NCBI RefSeq assembly: GCF_009914755.1
Contig: NC_060930.1
Length of the DNA stretch: 64,000 bases
Reading direction: 5' to 3' (one strand)
Source: the human T2T-CHM13v2.0 reference genome, Homo sapiens
Part shown: one piece after another, positions 28,606 to 41,129 of the stretch
Position numbering within the stretch: position 1 is the first letter of the stretch
Layout of the letters: each line of letters opens with the position of its first letter
The notes under the pieces: model-generated
What the model saw: the letters and a program-made list of their open reading frames with translations, nothing else
What the model was told of the DNA's origin: nothing
The model's database searches: none
Program-made: the position numbers and the translations under genes

Positions 28606-29616
28606 TTCTTTGTACCGTAACATGTTCTAGAACAAAATACTGGGGCTCGCTGATACTTGTTAATGCCTCATGTCTTCTATTGATTTGAATCGATCCTGTC
28701 CATAGGAGATCCTTGAGTTCTTTTGGGAGAAGATATTGAAAGATAAAGAGATGTGTGGCCAGCACGGCTTAGCCACATGTGTGCTGATGCATGGGGCTCT
28801 TGCTGTAGAATTAAGGAAAACTTATTTCCTAGAGGTATAAATAGCTGAATTAGACTCTTAATTTAAAGAGTCCATTAAAACACAACATGATTTGATCTTT
28901 TTAAAGTAGCTAAAGTTCACTAGTAATTGTGATCTAACAATTCTACTGTAGATAAAATTACATCATTATTGAAAATCGTATGTTTCCAGGAGAATTCTTG
29001 TAAGATGTATCTAAGACAAATTCTTTTTAGCTCTGTTACTGATGTTCTGCTCCATAGGATCAATTTCTTTGAAACCAAAGAATTCAAGAAGCAGCCATTT
29101 AATAAACAATTATTTAGTGCCTATTTCATGTCATCCAATGATGAATCAGATGTGATATTAACCCTCCAGGATTGTATAGCACTCTTAGCTCGATTAGCCA
29201 GCTGCTCAGTGATGATTTCTAATTCAGTAAGATAAAGGAAATGATTCCAAAAATTCTTTCTAAAGGTCTTTTTTCCCTCCTATAACGATAGCTATAAGAA
29301 GAAGATCCACTTGCTACTTTGCTACTCTCCCTACTCTGACTTAAATGTCAGAGTCGCTTTGACCTTTAAGATTTAAATTACATTGGCTCAAATGTCCATT
29401 CTTCATACAGGGAAAGACTTAGTACCTTCTCAGGATTTCTGAGGATTCTTGGGAGAGTTTAAAAGTACTTAGTTACTTCTGATTTTGGGTTCTTGCTTCT
29501 GTTGAATTTGTTCTGTGTTTGGGTAATTTCTCAAGCATGTGATATCTGTTTTCCATATATGTTACCTTGCATTAGGAGACCCGAATTCCTTTATAGCCCC
29601 CAACTTACGGGGGCTT

Positions 29617-29839
29617 AAGGGGACGAGGGGAAAGTGCTGATGTAAATAACTTTGGGAATTAGTCTGCAAGGCTAAAGGCAAATTAAACATTGTATTGTAG
29701 TTGATTAAGTTGTTTCCCATAGGGGTACTGGTTAACAATTCTGATACTACTATACATGCCTACTACGATTGAGCAATTAAGTAAATGCTTGATGGATGAT
29801 GGTAGCCAGATTTCTCAATGTTGGAGTGAGAATTTAAAG
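29617..29839 (+). repeat. Local duplication pair 2, derived copy (donor 31910-32132)
   Basis: 223-bp L1MD-like piece, about 7 mismatches to its partner, out of L1 context here. Confidence 0.93.
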
Positions 29840-29934
29840 TATTCATAGTATTTGTAGTAAACTTTTGTGAAGTTTCCATGCCGTACAAGGTATTTACACT
29901 GAAGCACTGTACACAACTTAACATTGAATTAGGC

Positions 29935-31560
29935 AAAGCAATACAACTTGTAGAAGAAAACCAAGAAGGAAACTTAATTAACCTTGGATTTGGTGATGAG
30001 TTTTTAGGTATAACACCAAGAATGTGATCCATAAAATAAAAAAAAAGTGAACTTTATTACAATTATAAACTGCTCTGTTCTGTCAAATATGCTGTTAAGA
30101 AAATGGAGAGACAAGCCACAAACTGGGAGGAAATATTTGCAAAGCACATATCTGAAAAAGGACTTGTATCCAAAATATACAAATAATACTTAAAACTCAA
30201 CAGTAAGGAAACAAACAACCCAATTAAAATATAAGCAAGAAATCTGAAAAGGCATCTCACTAAAGAAGATATACAGATGGCAAGTGCACATATGAAAAAT
30301 GCTCAACATCATATGTCATTAGGGAAACATAAATTAAAATAACCATAAGATACCACCACACACCTATTAGAATGCCCCAAATTCAGAGCACTGATTACTG
30401 ATTGCCAGTGAGGAGGTGGAGCTACTGGAAACTCATTTACTGCTGATGGGAATGCAAAATGATAGAGCCACTCTGGAAGGCAGTATGGTGGTTTCTGACA
30501 AAGCTAACCATACTCTTAGGAGCTGCACTCCTTGGTATTTATGCAATTGAGTTAAAAAACTCAATTGTCCACACAGAAAATTGCATGCAAACATTTGTAA
30601 CAGCCTTATTCATAATCATCATAACCCACAAGCAACCAAGATATTCTTTAGTAGGTGAATAGATAAAGAAACTGTGATATAGCCATACAATGGAATATTA
30701 GTCACTAGTAAAAAGAAATGAGGTATGAAGCCATGGAAAGATATGCAGGAACCAAGTGCGTATTGATAAGTGAAAGAAGCCAGGGTGAAAAGGCTGCATG
30801 ATATATAATGGTAACAGTGGGACATTTTGGAAAAGGCAAAACCATGAGACAATAAAAAGATTGGTGGTTTTTAGGGGTTCCAGGAAGGGATGGAAGAAGG
30901 GATGAATAGCTGAAGCACAGATTTTTTAAAGTGATTAAACTATTCTGTTGTGGGTACATGTCACTATACATTTATCAAAATCCATAGAGCAAACAAAGAG
31001 TAAAACTTAGTGGACAATATTTAATAACAATGTGTCAGTATTGGTTTATTGATTGTAACAAGAGTGTATTAGTCTGTTTTCATGCTACTAATAAAGGCAT
31101 ACCTGAGACTGGGCAATTTAAAAAAGAAAGAAGTTTAACGGACTTACAGATCCACGTGGCTGGGGAGGCCCCACAATCAAGGCGGAAGGTGAAAAGCACG
31201 TCTCACATGGCGGCAGACAAGAGAAGAGAGCTCGTGCAGGGAAACTCCCCGTTTTAAAACCATCAGAGCTTGTGAGTCTTATTCACTATCACCCGAACAG
31301 CATGGAAAAGACCTGTCCCCATGATTCAATTACCTCCCACTGGGTCTCTCCCACAACACGTGGGAATTTAAGATGAGATTTGGGTGTCGACACAGCCAAA
31401 CCATATCAAATAGTGTTATACTGATGCTAGATGGTAGTGATGTGGAAACTGTGTGGGGTGGGAGTAGGGGTGGAATGGATAGGTGGAACTCTGTTATTAT
31501 CTGTCGAACTATTCCATATATCAAAAACTATACTAAATTTAAATGTATTAATTATTTTTA
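29935..31560 (+). mobile_element. L1MC-class LINE-1 ORF2 3' end and 3' UTR, interrupted by THE1
   Basis: ACAAGCCACAAACTGGGAGGAAATATTTGCAAA, GAAGATATACAGATGGCAA, CATACAATGGAATATTA. Confidence 0.85.
31065..31408 (-). mobile_element. THE1B/C-like solo LTR
   Basis: TGTATTAGTCTGTTTTCATGCT...ACACAGCCAAACCATATCA; near-TSD AAGAG/AATAG. Confidence 0.92.
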
Positions 31561-31561
31561 G

Positions 31562-32205
31562 GAAAGTCTACATACTTTATGATTCCAGGTATGAGACGTT
31601 CCAGAAAAGGCAAAACTATAGCACTGGTAAAAAGGTCACAGGTTGCCAGGGTTTGGGGAGTGGAGGAGGTTGAGCACATGAAGAACAGGGGATTTGGGGG
31701 ATGAATAGTGGGACTATGCTGTATGATACTAAAATGGTGGATACATTACACTATGAACTTTACTCATATAACTTTATAGCCCAAAAAAATAAAATTTAAT
31801 GTATGCAATTAAAAAATAATGACTTAGAAGGTGCTGAGATCCCAGGATGGAAGGAAGAATGTGACAAAACAATCTCTCTGTATTACAAATGTATGAAACA
31901 ACCTCTCTGAAGGGGACGAGGGGAAAGTGCTGATGTAAATAACTTTGGGAATTAGTCTGCAAGACTAAAGGCAAATTAAACATTGTACTGTAGTTGATTA
32001 AGTTGTTTCCCATAGGGGAACTGGTTAAGAATTCTGATACTACTATACATGCCTACTACGATTGAGCAATTAAGTAAATACTTGGTGGATGATGGTAGCC
32101 AGATTTCTCAATGTTGGGGTGAGAATTTAAAGATAAGTAAAGGAGGGAGACTGGAATGATCAATGTGCTAATACATTAGAGTTCAAGATACAGTACAAAC
32201 TCATA
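31562..32205 (+). mobile_element. L1MD-like 3' UTR fragment (contains the donor of duplication pair 2)
   Basis: GAAAAGGCAAAACTATAG...GGTTGCCAGGGT...CAACCTCTCTGAAGGGG...GATAAGTAAAGGAGGGAGACTGGAATGATC. Confidence 0.75.
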
Positions 32206-32344
32206 CCTAATTTTAGGTCCCCTATTGTTGACGTCTATATTTCAGTTTTTTATCTACCTACTCCATGCACATTTATGTCACACCTGGCTAAATCTTTTCT
32301 CTCTAATTAAAGTTTTGCCCAGTCATAGAGATTGTGTAATTACT

Positions 32345-32560
32345 AGTTGGAAACCTGGGTCTTGGTTGTATCAAACTCCCTGGTGTAAACATCCCAGTAA
32401 CCTTGCTAATTAATATGGTCTCTGTGCTTCACTTTTCTCCTCTGTAAAATGTCAATAATAATTATTTTAAGACAATAGAGTTATTTCAAAGCTCAAGACA
32501 AGTAAAGGGCTTACCATCTTACATGTGGCAAATGTTTAATACATGCTAGCTATTATTTTT
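32345..32560 (+). mobile_element. MIR SINE
   Basis: TCTCTGTGCTTCACTTTTCTCCTCTGTAAAATG...TAATACATGCTAGCTATTATT. Confidence 0.65.
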
Positions 32561-32879
32561 CTGCTACTGAATTTAAGTTTCTCATCTTCATCAATGACAG
32601 CCCTGACACCATCCACTCTGGAGCCAACTCTTGAATTTTGGGTTGACTTTGCTCTGCTCTCTTTCTGAAATCGTAGCCTCTGATATATATCCTCCCTCGC
32701 ATTCTCAGCTCTTATTCACTTATTCCCAGCTATTTCCTCCACCACAGTGGAACCTCAGGTCCCTTGATCTTTCTTTCTCTCTGAGCTCTCCGCCTTCTCG
32801 GAGCTTTTCTTCTGTTGCAAACACAAGCACTCCCCGAAGTCCATGTTCTCCCCTTCTTTCTGAGCACAGAGAGAGAGAT

Positions 32880-33250
32880 GGCATTTCCTGATCTCCCTTG
32901 TCGTTAGAGGGAAGCAATGCAATAGAAGTGGAAGTGATATGAGCCACTTCAGCCTGGCCTACACACATTCCCACACAGGATTCTCCATGATCTTTTCCTA
33001 TCCTCTAACCAGATGGGAAATACTTTGATGACTTCAGGCATCATGTGGCGAAGGCAGCAGAGCCCACGCCAAACCAGTCACTGAATGATTCTGTGGAGTA
33101 GAACCCTTCTCAATACTCCAACTCCTCCACCCCTGCCTGCTTGGAACCATTTACAAGTGTTAAATGAGCAAGAAATGAACTTTTCTGGTGTTACAGCCAT
33201 TGCACATTTCCAGGCAGATTTGCTAAAGGAGAAAGTGTTACCTTAATTAA
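32880..33250 (+). mobile_element. Old MLT1 (I/J-like) LTR fragment
   Basis: GTGGAAGTGATATGAGCCACTTC...TGAGCAAGAAATGAACTTT...GTTACAGCCATTG. Confidence 0.55.
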
Positions 33251-33401
33251 GAAAACTGCCTTACAACAGACTCCACGACTTGAACTACGTGGATTCAAAA
33301 GGCATTTTCAATCAAGACCCTTTTATTCAAGAGGGAGCAGATCAGCTGCAGTGCACAGTCACAGAATGGTGGCTGAGCTGACTTGCTTCCTAAATCAAAT
33401 T

Positions 33402-33948
33402 ATTAAAACAACAATAAGATACCACTACACACCTATTAGAATGCCCCAAATTCAGAGCACTGATTACTGATTGCCAGTGAGGAGGTGGAGCTACTGGAAA
33501 CTCACTTCCTGCTGATGGGAATGCAAAATGATAGAGCCACTTTGGAAGGCAGTATGGTGGTTTCTGACAAAGCTAACCATACTCTTAGGAGTTGCACTCC
33601 TTGACATGTATTCAATTGAATTAAAAAACTCAATTGTCCACGCAGAAAATTGCAGGCAAATATTTGTAACATCTTTATTCATAATCACCAAAACCCAGAA
33701 GCAACCAAGATATTATTTATAGGTGAATAGATAAAGAAACTGTGATATAGCCATACAATGGAATATTAGCCACTAGTAAAAAGAAATGAGGTATGAAGCC
33801 ATGGAAAGATATGCAGGAACCAAGTGCGTATTGATAAGTGAAAGAAGCCAGGGTGAAAAGGCTGCATGATATGTAATGGTAACAAAGGGACATTTTGGAA
33901 AAGGCAAACCCACAGAGACAATAAAAAGATGGGTGGTTTTTAGGAGTT
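33402..33948 (+). repeat. Local duplication pair 3, derived copy (donor 30333-30879, L1MC sequence)
   Basis: About 547 bp, roughly 94% identical by eye; ORFs 30459 and 33528 both begin MIEPLWKAVWWFLTKLTILLG. Confidence 0.95.
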
Positions 33949-34971
33949 TACACTCTGCAGTCCATTGCTTCAACCTTGTCCATACCAACATCCTGCAGTC
34001 CTTGCCCCATTGCTCTTTCCTTGTGTTTGTCCAGTTGTTACTCTTCCTCCGTGCATGCCCCATCTGTAAGTCACACCTCTGCTTCTACCCAGCCACCTCC
34101 TTTCCCACGAATACAGATGGTGTTGCCTCCGGCCTTGGGAGAAAAACAGATTGCTACAATTACTGGTGCTACCAGAGGAGTGGCTACCACATATTAAGTG
34201 CATCTGTGAGTTTGTGTATCTCCCTTCCTTAACAAAAGGAGGGTCGTACACTACGATGTCGAAAAGCACTGGTAATAACCCTGGTACGAAATGAAGGCTG
34301 CTCCATTTAGAATGGCAAGCTAAGGGCAGGCAACTTGGATGCACCTGAAAGGATATTGGGTTTTGTTAAAAAGATGAGAACACTCACAGTGAAGCTGTCA
34401 TACCCCAAAAGGAGTTGTGTATAGAGGACACTGAAGAATAGAGGCCCTGGGTCCTTCAGGGAGGAAACATGGGGCTCTGTGTTCCTGGGGCTGGTTTTGT
34501 AGCGAGACTTTGCACATCAACTGCAGGAAGCGTCACAGGTCCGGGAGGCCAGGAGGGTTTTGGAAAATGGCTCTGGTTCAGCACCTGTGGGAATAGTTGG
34601 AGAAAATATCTCAGCCCACGTCCTTGGGCCTGAACATCGGGAACAGAATGGTCGTTAGACTGGGTGCCACCTATGGCTGAGTCTCCTGGTGCCTCTGCAC
34701 AGAAAGCTGCAATTTCTGAGTTCCCGAACCTCACGCCCATGTAATCATACTCTGCAGTTAGGATAAAGGCAGTTTATCCTTAAATGTCTGGCTCTTCAAC
34801 CTCTGAAACCTCGGGGAACTTAAGGTTCAGACAGCAGGAGTAGGAGCCTCTTTCATTCAGATGGTGAGGAAATTAAAAGAAAAAAAAAACCATTTGTTCC
34901 GAAGTTCCCAGGATGGACTGGCTAGTGATAACTCACTCAGCAAGGAAAAACAAACAAACAAACAAAAAGCT

Positions 34972-35345
34972 TAGTGGTAGTTTATCCTGTGTCAACCAAG
35001 TAAACTGGAAGTATGTTACCTGGAATACCCTTTCTAGGTTAGTACAGGCCGAAAGAGGAATCTATGCAGAAGCTTGCAGGCAGAAGTGAAGCAGCAGCTC
35101 TGATTCTCTGAAGTTGTCTTGGCGACACAGTGACAGCCAGGCCAAGTCCCACAGCTCCTGCTGGACCTCACTCTGCCTGTTCTTATTCTCAGCTGCTGAC
35201 CTTGCTGGCCCATAGCAGACCCGGGACAACCACCAAATGCTTGGCTGTAGACCTACAGAAATAGTACCTACAGAGAAACACCAGCTTCCAGGAACTTCTG
35301 TAGCTCCCGTTGTGGTTCCACTCTAGCACCTGGAAATGCCTGGCT
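34972..35345 (+). mobile_element. Old ERVL LTR fragment (LTR52-like)
   Basis: GTTTATCCTGTGTCA...AAACTGGAA...AAAGAGGAA...GGCAGAAGTGAAGCAGCAGC. Confidence 0.5.
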
Positions 35346-35738
35346 TTTTAAAAGTACATGGAGGGCTTTTTCCCAAACCTTGAGTCTGTGATGAGAATTG
35401 CATCCCTGGCACTGCAAGGGCAACCGTGACCAAGACTGTATTCTTCTGCGGCCCTGGGTGCCCTCACTCTGACGGGCACACCCTGATGATGCTTTGAACT
35501 CTCTCCATCTCATTGCCAGCCTAGCCCTTGCTTCCTCTGGGCCTTGAGATGTCCAGGTATTCCCTTGACCCCAGGTACAGTCATGCAAGTGTGTGCCCCT
35601 GAGAGCCTTCGGAAGAGGACTGGGTGTCATTACAAAAGGTACTTGCCATGGTATTACAGAGCGCTTCATCCTCTTAGAATCTCTGTTTTCATGATGGAAC
35701 CCTGACTGGTGTGCACTTTGGATGGCACACTTTGGACT

Positions 35739-36098
35739 TGTTATGGACTGAAAATTTGTGTCTCTCCAAAATTCATACATGAAAGCTTTAACCCCCAATC
35801 AGATGGTATTAGAAAGGAGGTATTAGAAAGGATTAGGAGGTAATTAAGTTTAGATGAGGTCATGAGGATGGGGCTCCCACGATGGGATTAGTGTCCTTAT
35901 AAGAAGAAGAAGAGAGAGGAGAGCTGTCTTTCTCTCTGTGAGGACATAGGAGCAGAAAGAGGATCCTCACTGAGAAACTGAATCACCCAGCACCTTGCTC
36001 TTGGACTTCCAGCCTCCCAAACTGTGAGAAATAAATGTCTGTTGTTTAAGCCACCCAGCTATGGCATTCTGTTATAGCAGCCTGAATAGACTAAGACA
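35739..36098 (+). mobile_element. MLT1A0-like solo LTR
   Basis: TGTTATGGACTGAA...GTGAGAAATAAATGTCTGTTGTTTAAGCCACCCAG...GACTAAGACA; near-TSD GGACT/GGATT. Confidence 0.88.
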
Positions 36099-36317
36099 GG
36101 ATTGTTCATTGAGGAATGTAGGAACTTAGTGTAAGTATAAATTAGATGATACTACTGGCTTCTAACAGAGTGGGAGGTTGGTTCAGCTTCCTTGATTTTC
36201 ATGCCAATTGTTGAGGACAGCTTCTACTCTGCCACCATTGCTGGTCCATTTCAGGCAGCCAAAGGAAATAGGATTATGCCATCTTAGAGTCCATCTGAGA
36301 TGCTAAGAAGCACTTGG

Positions 36318-36525
36318 TAAGGGATCAGCAAACTCTGGTTCATGGGGCTCCCACCCACTCTTGTAAATAAAGTTTATAGGAACACAGCTCATTTGCCTGT
36401 GTATTATCTACGACCACTTTTGTGCTACGACAGCAGAGCTGAGTAGTTGCAACACAGACCACATGGCTTGCGAAATCCAAAATATTTACTACCTGACCCT
36501 TTAAGAAAAAGTTTACTGACTCCTA
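36318..36525 (+). mobile_element. MER58A hAT MITE
   Basis: GGGATCAGCAAACT...TTGTAAATAAAGTTT...AGAAAAAGTTTACTGACTCCT. Confidence 0.85.
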
Positions 36526-38136
36526 ATCTGCTGACTTCCAGTTATCCTAAGTCTCATGTTTGCCTTTTTGGGTCATAAGCATTCATTAAAATATTAGCTA
36601 TTTTATTCTCATTTTTCTGGTAGCTGCCTCTTCCTTCCCTGCTCTGTCAAAGAAGTAATTTTGTGTATCTCCTAATTCCTTGGAGGGCTTTTTTACTTTT
36701 AATAATTCAGTTTATTTGATTGTGTTGTGGCCTCAGCTCTCTGATCTACTCCAAAAAATTAGGATTTTATAGATTATTGGCTTTTTGCCATTATTAGGGC
36801 AGGAGTGATTTTTCTTATGAGTTTCTATATCCTAATTAGGAATGAAACACCACTAAACTATGTTCTATTATTGGTATTAATAACTCTTAACATCACAAAG
36901 GTGTATCCATTAAGAACATTCAGCATGTCTTATCTATCTACATATCTGCCCTCTTTTGTGATATATTAAAAAATGTAAGGATGAGACTTCTCTGACCCAG
37001 GTTGCAGACTGCTTAGATATGGGCACCTTCTCAGTCTGTTTTTCCTATCACCTCCTCTTATGAGTTGTACTCCCACTCTCAGGACCAATAACAGAGTGAG
37101 AAACTCTCTCTGTGCTTGGATGCAAGCCTTGGGTGATAAAGCCAATGATTTTTTTTTTTCTTTTTTTGCCTCTTTCAGTGAATAAACAGTGGAACATTTG
37201 TGTTATTTTTGTGCCATTAGCTTATCCATTTAACTTTCCTTTAAATTTCCAAGTGCAGCTAAATTTCTTTTTTTTCTGGGATTTAACCATGCCAGGGGCA
37301 GGTTTGCTTTCTAATGCTAGTGGAGAAAAATACCCTAATGAGAGATGATGGCTCTTCCAGATGCCTTTAAGTGTCCAAAGAGAATTTACCACCTCCTGAG
37401 ATAAATTTAGCATTAAGTGGCTCAGACTGATGGTTGTAACAGCAACACGGCAAAACCATATAGGAGGAACTTCCCAGGAACGAAAGGATAAGATCAGATC
37501 AGCTGTCAGTCAGCATGGAGGCTGTGACCCTGTTGTCACTACTCCCTCACTTGACACTTCTGAGAAGGATGACATGTCTTGAGCATGGGGATCTGCTGCC
37601 ATAGCCAGTGATGGCAGCCCCATAAGTAGCTTCTTGGACAGGTCAATAAATAAACTGATTGCTTTACAGAATTTGGGCCTTTTAAAATTAATTCTTCCAA
37701 CTATCTGTACAAGGATACTAATAAATTCTTTGTTTCTATTGTTTTCATTTGTTCAAGACTCATTTTATGTGAAACTGTTGAAACACCAACAAATCAGCTT
37801 CATTAGTATTTATTAATGATTACTGGAGCTGCTAAGCCCATCCTATTTTCCTCCAGAAACCAAACTTCCAACAATAGTTTCCATTGAGACAGGTGAGGAG
37901 CTAGGGGCTGAAACTCTCTGAGCAGTGAAAGGCGGGGTTCACAGGCGTGGTAGGTTTGCAGGGGTAGGACCAATACCAGGTGTCTGTAGCTTCATCCTAA
38001 AAAATGTGCTTCTTCCTATCAGGGTTTTTTTTTTTTTTTTTTCCCAATGTGAAAAGTTCACAACAGTTTTAGTTTTTAGGAAATAAAAATATGTAAAATG
38101 ATTTTTATGAGGAAATATTTCAAATATCCCTCAGAG

Positions 38137-38840
38137 TAGAAGGCTCCAACCCCTAGGCTGTGGACAGCTACCAGTCTGTGGCCTGTTAGGAACCGGGCCA
38201 CACAGCAGGAGGTGAGCAGCCGGCCAGGGAGCATGACTGCCTGAGCTCCACCTTCTGTCAGCTCAGTGGCAGCATTTGATTCTCATAGGAGCACAAACCC
38301 TATTGTGAACTGTGCATGTGAAGGATCCAGGTTGTGTGCTCCTGATGAGAACTAAATGCCTGATGATCTGAGGTGGAACAGTTTCATCCCAAAACCTCTT
38401 CTGATATGGTTAGGCTGTGTCCCCACCCAAATTTCATCTTGAATTGTAGCTCCCACAATCCCTATGTGTAATGGGAGGGACCTGCTGGGAGGTAATTAAA
38501 CCATGGGGGCGGGTTTTCTTGTGCTGTTCTGTTGATAGTGAGTAAGTCTCACAAGATCTGATGGTTTTATAAAGGGCAGTTTCCCTGAACAGGCTTTCTT
38601 GCCTGCTGCCATGCAAGAAGTGACTTTGCTCCTCCTTCACCTTCTGCCATGATTGTGAGGCCTTCCCAGCCATATGGAACTGTGAGTCCATTAAACCTCT
38701 TTTTCTTTATAAATTATGCAATCTCAGCTATTTCTTCACAATAGTATGAAAATGGACTAAGACAACCCCCTACCCTGGTCCGTGGAAAAATTCTCTTCCA
38801 TGAAACTGGTCCCTGGTGCAAAAAAGGTTGGGGACCACTG
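38137..38840 (+). mobile_element. MER1B hAT MITE interrupted by THE1
   Basis: GTGGCCTGTTAGGAACCGGGCCACACAGCAGGAGGTGAGC...AAAAAGGTTGGGGACCACTG; perfect 8-bp TSD CCTCAGAG (38129-38136, 38841-38848). Confidence 0.93.
38402..38764 (+). mobile_element. THE1C-like solo LTR
   Basis: TGATATGGTTAGGCTGTGTCCCCACCCAAAT...TGAAAATGGACTAAGACA. Confidence 0.92.
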
Positions 38841-41129
38841 CCTCAGAGGATAGAGAATAATGTAAGCCCTTGCCTTCATCATCCAGATTTAAAGAAATAA
38901 TGACTTTTCCCTCACATTTGCTTCAGGTCATTTTCTAAAATGAATGCTTTCTAACAGAACAGCAGCCCACTTTTCTCACCAGGCTGGAATCTGTGGCACC
39001 CACGTTCCTGGATAGATGACCTCCTCCTGAGCTTGCATTGCATGAGTCCTTCCTCTCATTCCCTTGACTTCCTTGTCTTCCTCCCCAGCTCCTCCTTAAC
39101 TCTCCAAAATGCTTGCTCATGCTCAGCATCTGCAAACTTTTCTTCCACTCTGTCTTTCAGAAACCCAGCTGTTCCTTTTCCACTTCCCTTGGGACAGGAG
39201 CCAGGGCCATCCATGTACTTGCAAAGTCTACTTCCAAGAAGCTCTTTACCTCCCTTGAACTTTAAAGTTTTTCAGCTAATACATTTTGCCCATAACACAG
39301 TCAACCCCATCTCCCAGAATTGTCTACTAAATTCTCAATAGCATAACCCACACACATCTAGGTGGGAATGTTTTAGCTGTATTCATTAATTATTACTGCT
39401 ATATAATATTCCACTTTATAAGTATAGTACATTTCTGTTGGCCGATGTTACATGTTTGGGTATTATTAAACAATGCTGTTATAAATATTACATCCATCTC
39501 TTGTTGCTCATGTGTAAATTTCTTAAAAAATAGAATGATAATTTAGAAGATACGTGTATTCTAAACTTTACTAGATGCTGCTAGAATCTTTCCCAAAGTG
39601 GTTGTATCCCCCAACCCTTAAAATTGGCAGAGTTTTAAATTTTCACTTATCTGGTATATAAAATATTATTGGCCTTTCCTGTTTCCTACTCTGCAAAGTT
39701 TCTGAGTCAGTCTATTGTTCATTTTTAATTGGGCTGTTTTGTATTTTCTATTGATTTATAGGATACACATGCATATACATGTTTACTACCTATGCATATG
39801 ATGTATACATCTATATACAAACATACACATGTGTGTATATATGTATTCTGAATTTGGTTCTTTATGGATTATATGTATTGTAAATATCTCCTCTGAGTTT
39901 ATGGCTTTCTTTTATACTATCTTTTGATGGACCAAATTTTTTATTTTAACATAGTCAAATTTAGAAACCTTGTTTCTTTACTGTTCATGTTGTTTTTGCA
40001 ATATGTTTATGAAATCATTTAGTACCTGACAATATTTTAAAAATTACTTACATTGTCTTCTAAGTTTTCAAATTTTGCCTTTTACCTTAAATCTTCAATT
40101 TGACTCAGAAATGATTCTTGTATTTGGTGTTATATAGGAAAAGGATCGTCCTTTCCTTCAGCTGTGAATAACCAAGTGCTCTCTAGCTGATTTTGGATAA
40201 GCTATCCTCCCCTCCCACCGTGGTTAGTAATGACATTTGTCTCATGAGTCAAGAATCCATATGTGTGGCTATTTCTCTTTTTTTAGTGCATTTGTTTAGC
40301 CCTGCAACACACCACATTTGTAACTTCCCTAGTTTTACGGCTTTCAGTGGCAGATAGACAATCATCATTTTTTCCTTCTACTCTTTAGGCTATCTTAGCT
40401 TTTCACTCTCTCATGCATTTTAGAATCAGCACATCAAATTCAATGAAATTTCTGTTGGAATTTCCATTAGAATTGATTAGGTCTATGGATCAATTTTGGC
40501 AGGTTTGATTTAAGTTCTATCTTAGAATACAGTGTATCACTCCATTCACTTAGGACTTTTTTCAATTATTCCAATAAATTTTTATAATTTTCTTCATTAA
40601 GACATGCATATATTTGCTTAGATTTAGTATTTCATTACCAAAGATGGGTTTTAAGGGAGCTGTCACTGTAAACTGTAGTTTCCATATGTGCATATAAAGA
40701 ATGTGTGTTCTTCATTTGTTGACTGCACTGTTGTAGAGATATTGTCACCAGATGAGTTTGGTAATTGTATGGCTTCTGTTTTCTATATCCCCCAAGGTTT
40801 TCTGTTTATTTGATCTACTTAGAGTACTGTATTCAAATCTTCTGCTATGATGACAGACATTTAAAATTTCTTTTTTCTTCACTCAATATATTTGACACTA
40901 AGTTTTCTGATACATGGAAGTTCAGAAAAAACATGAAGCTAAATTTTGGCTATTATGTGGAAACATCTTTAAATATTTAGTGCCTTTGCTTTAAAAATTA
41001 TTTTGCCTGATAGTAATATAATTTTACCAGTTTATCTTTGCTTGTCTTCCTTATATGTATTTTTTTCTACATTTTAACTTATAATATTTACTTGTCTTAC
41101 ATTTAAGTTGTTTATTTTACAAATTGCTT

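Noticed and set aside
35268-35798. Longest ORF (176 aa, minus strand), and others such as 7283-7777, 16491-16940 and 28007-28468
   Set aside because: No recognisable domain or supported exon structure; some overlap LTR sequence, and such lengths arise by chance in 64 kb.
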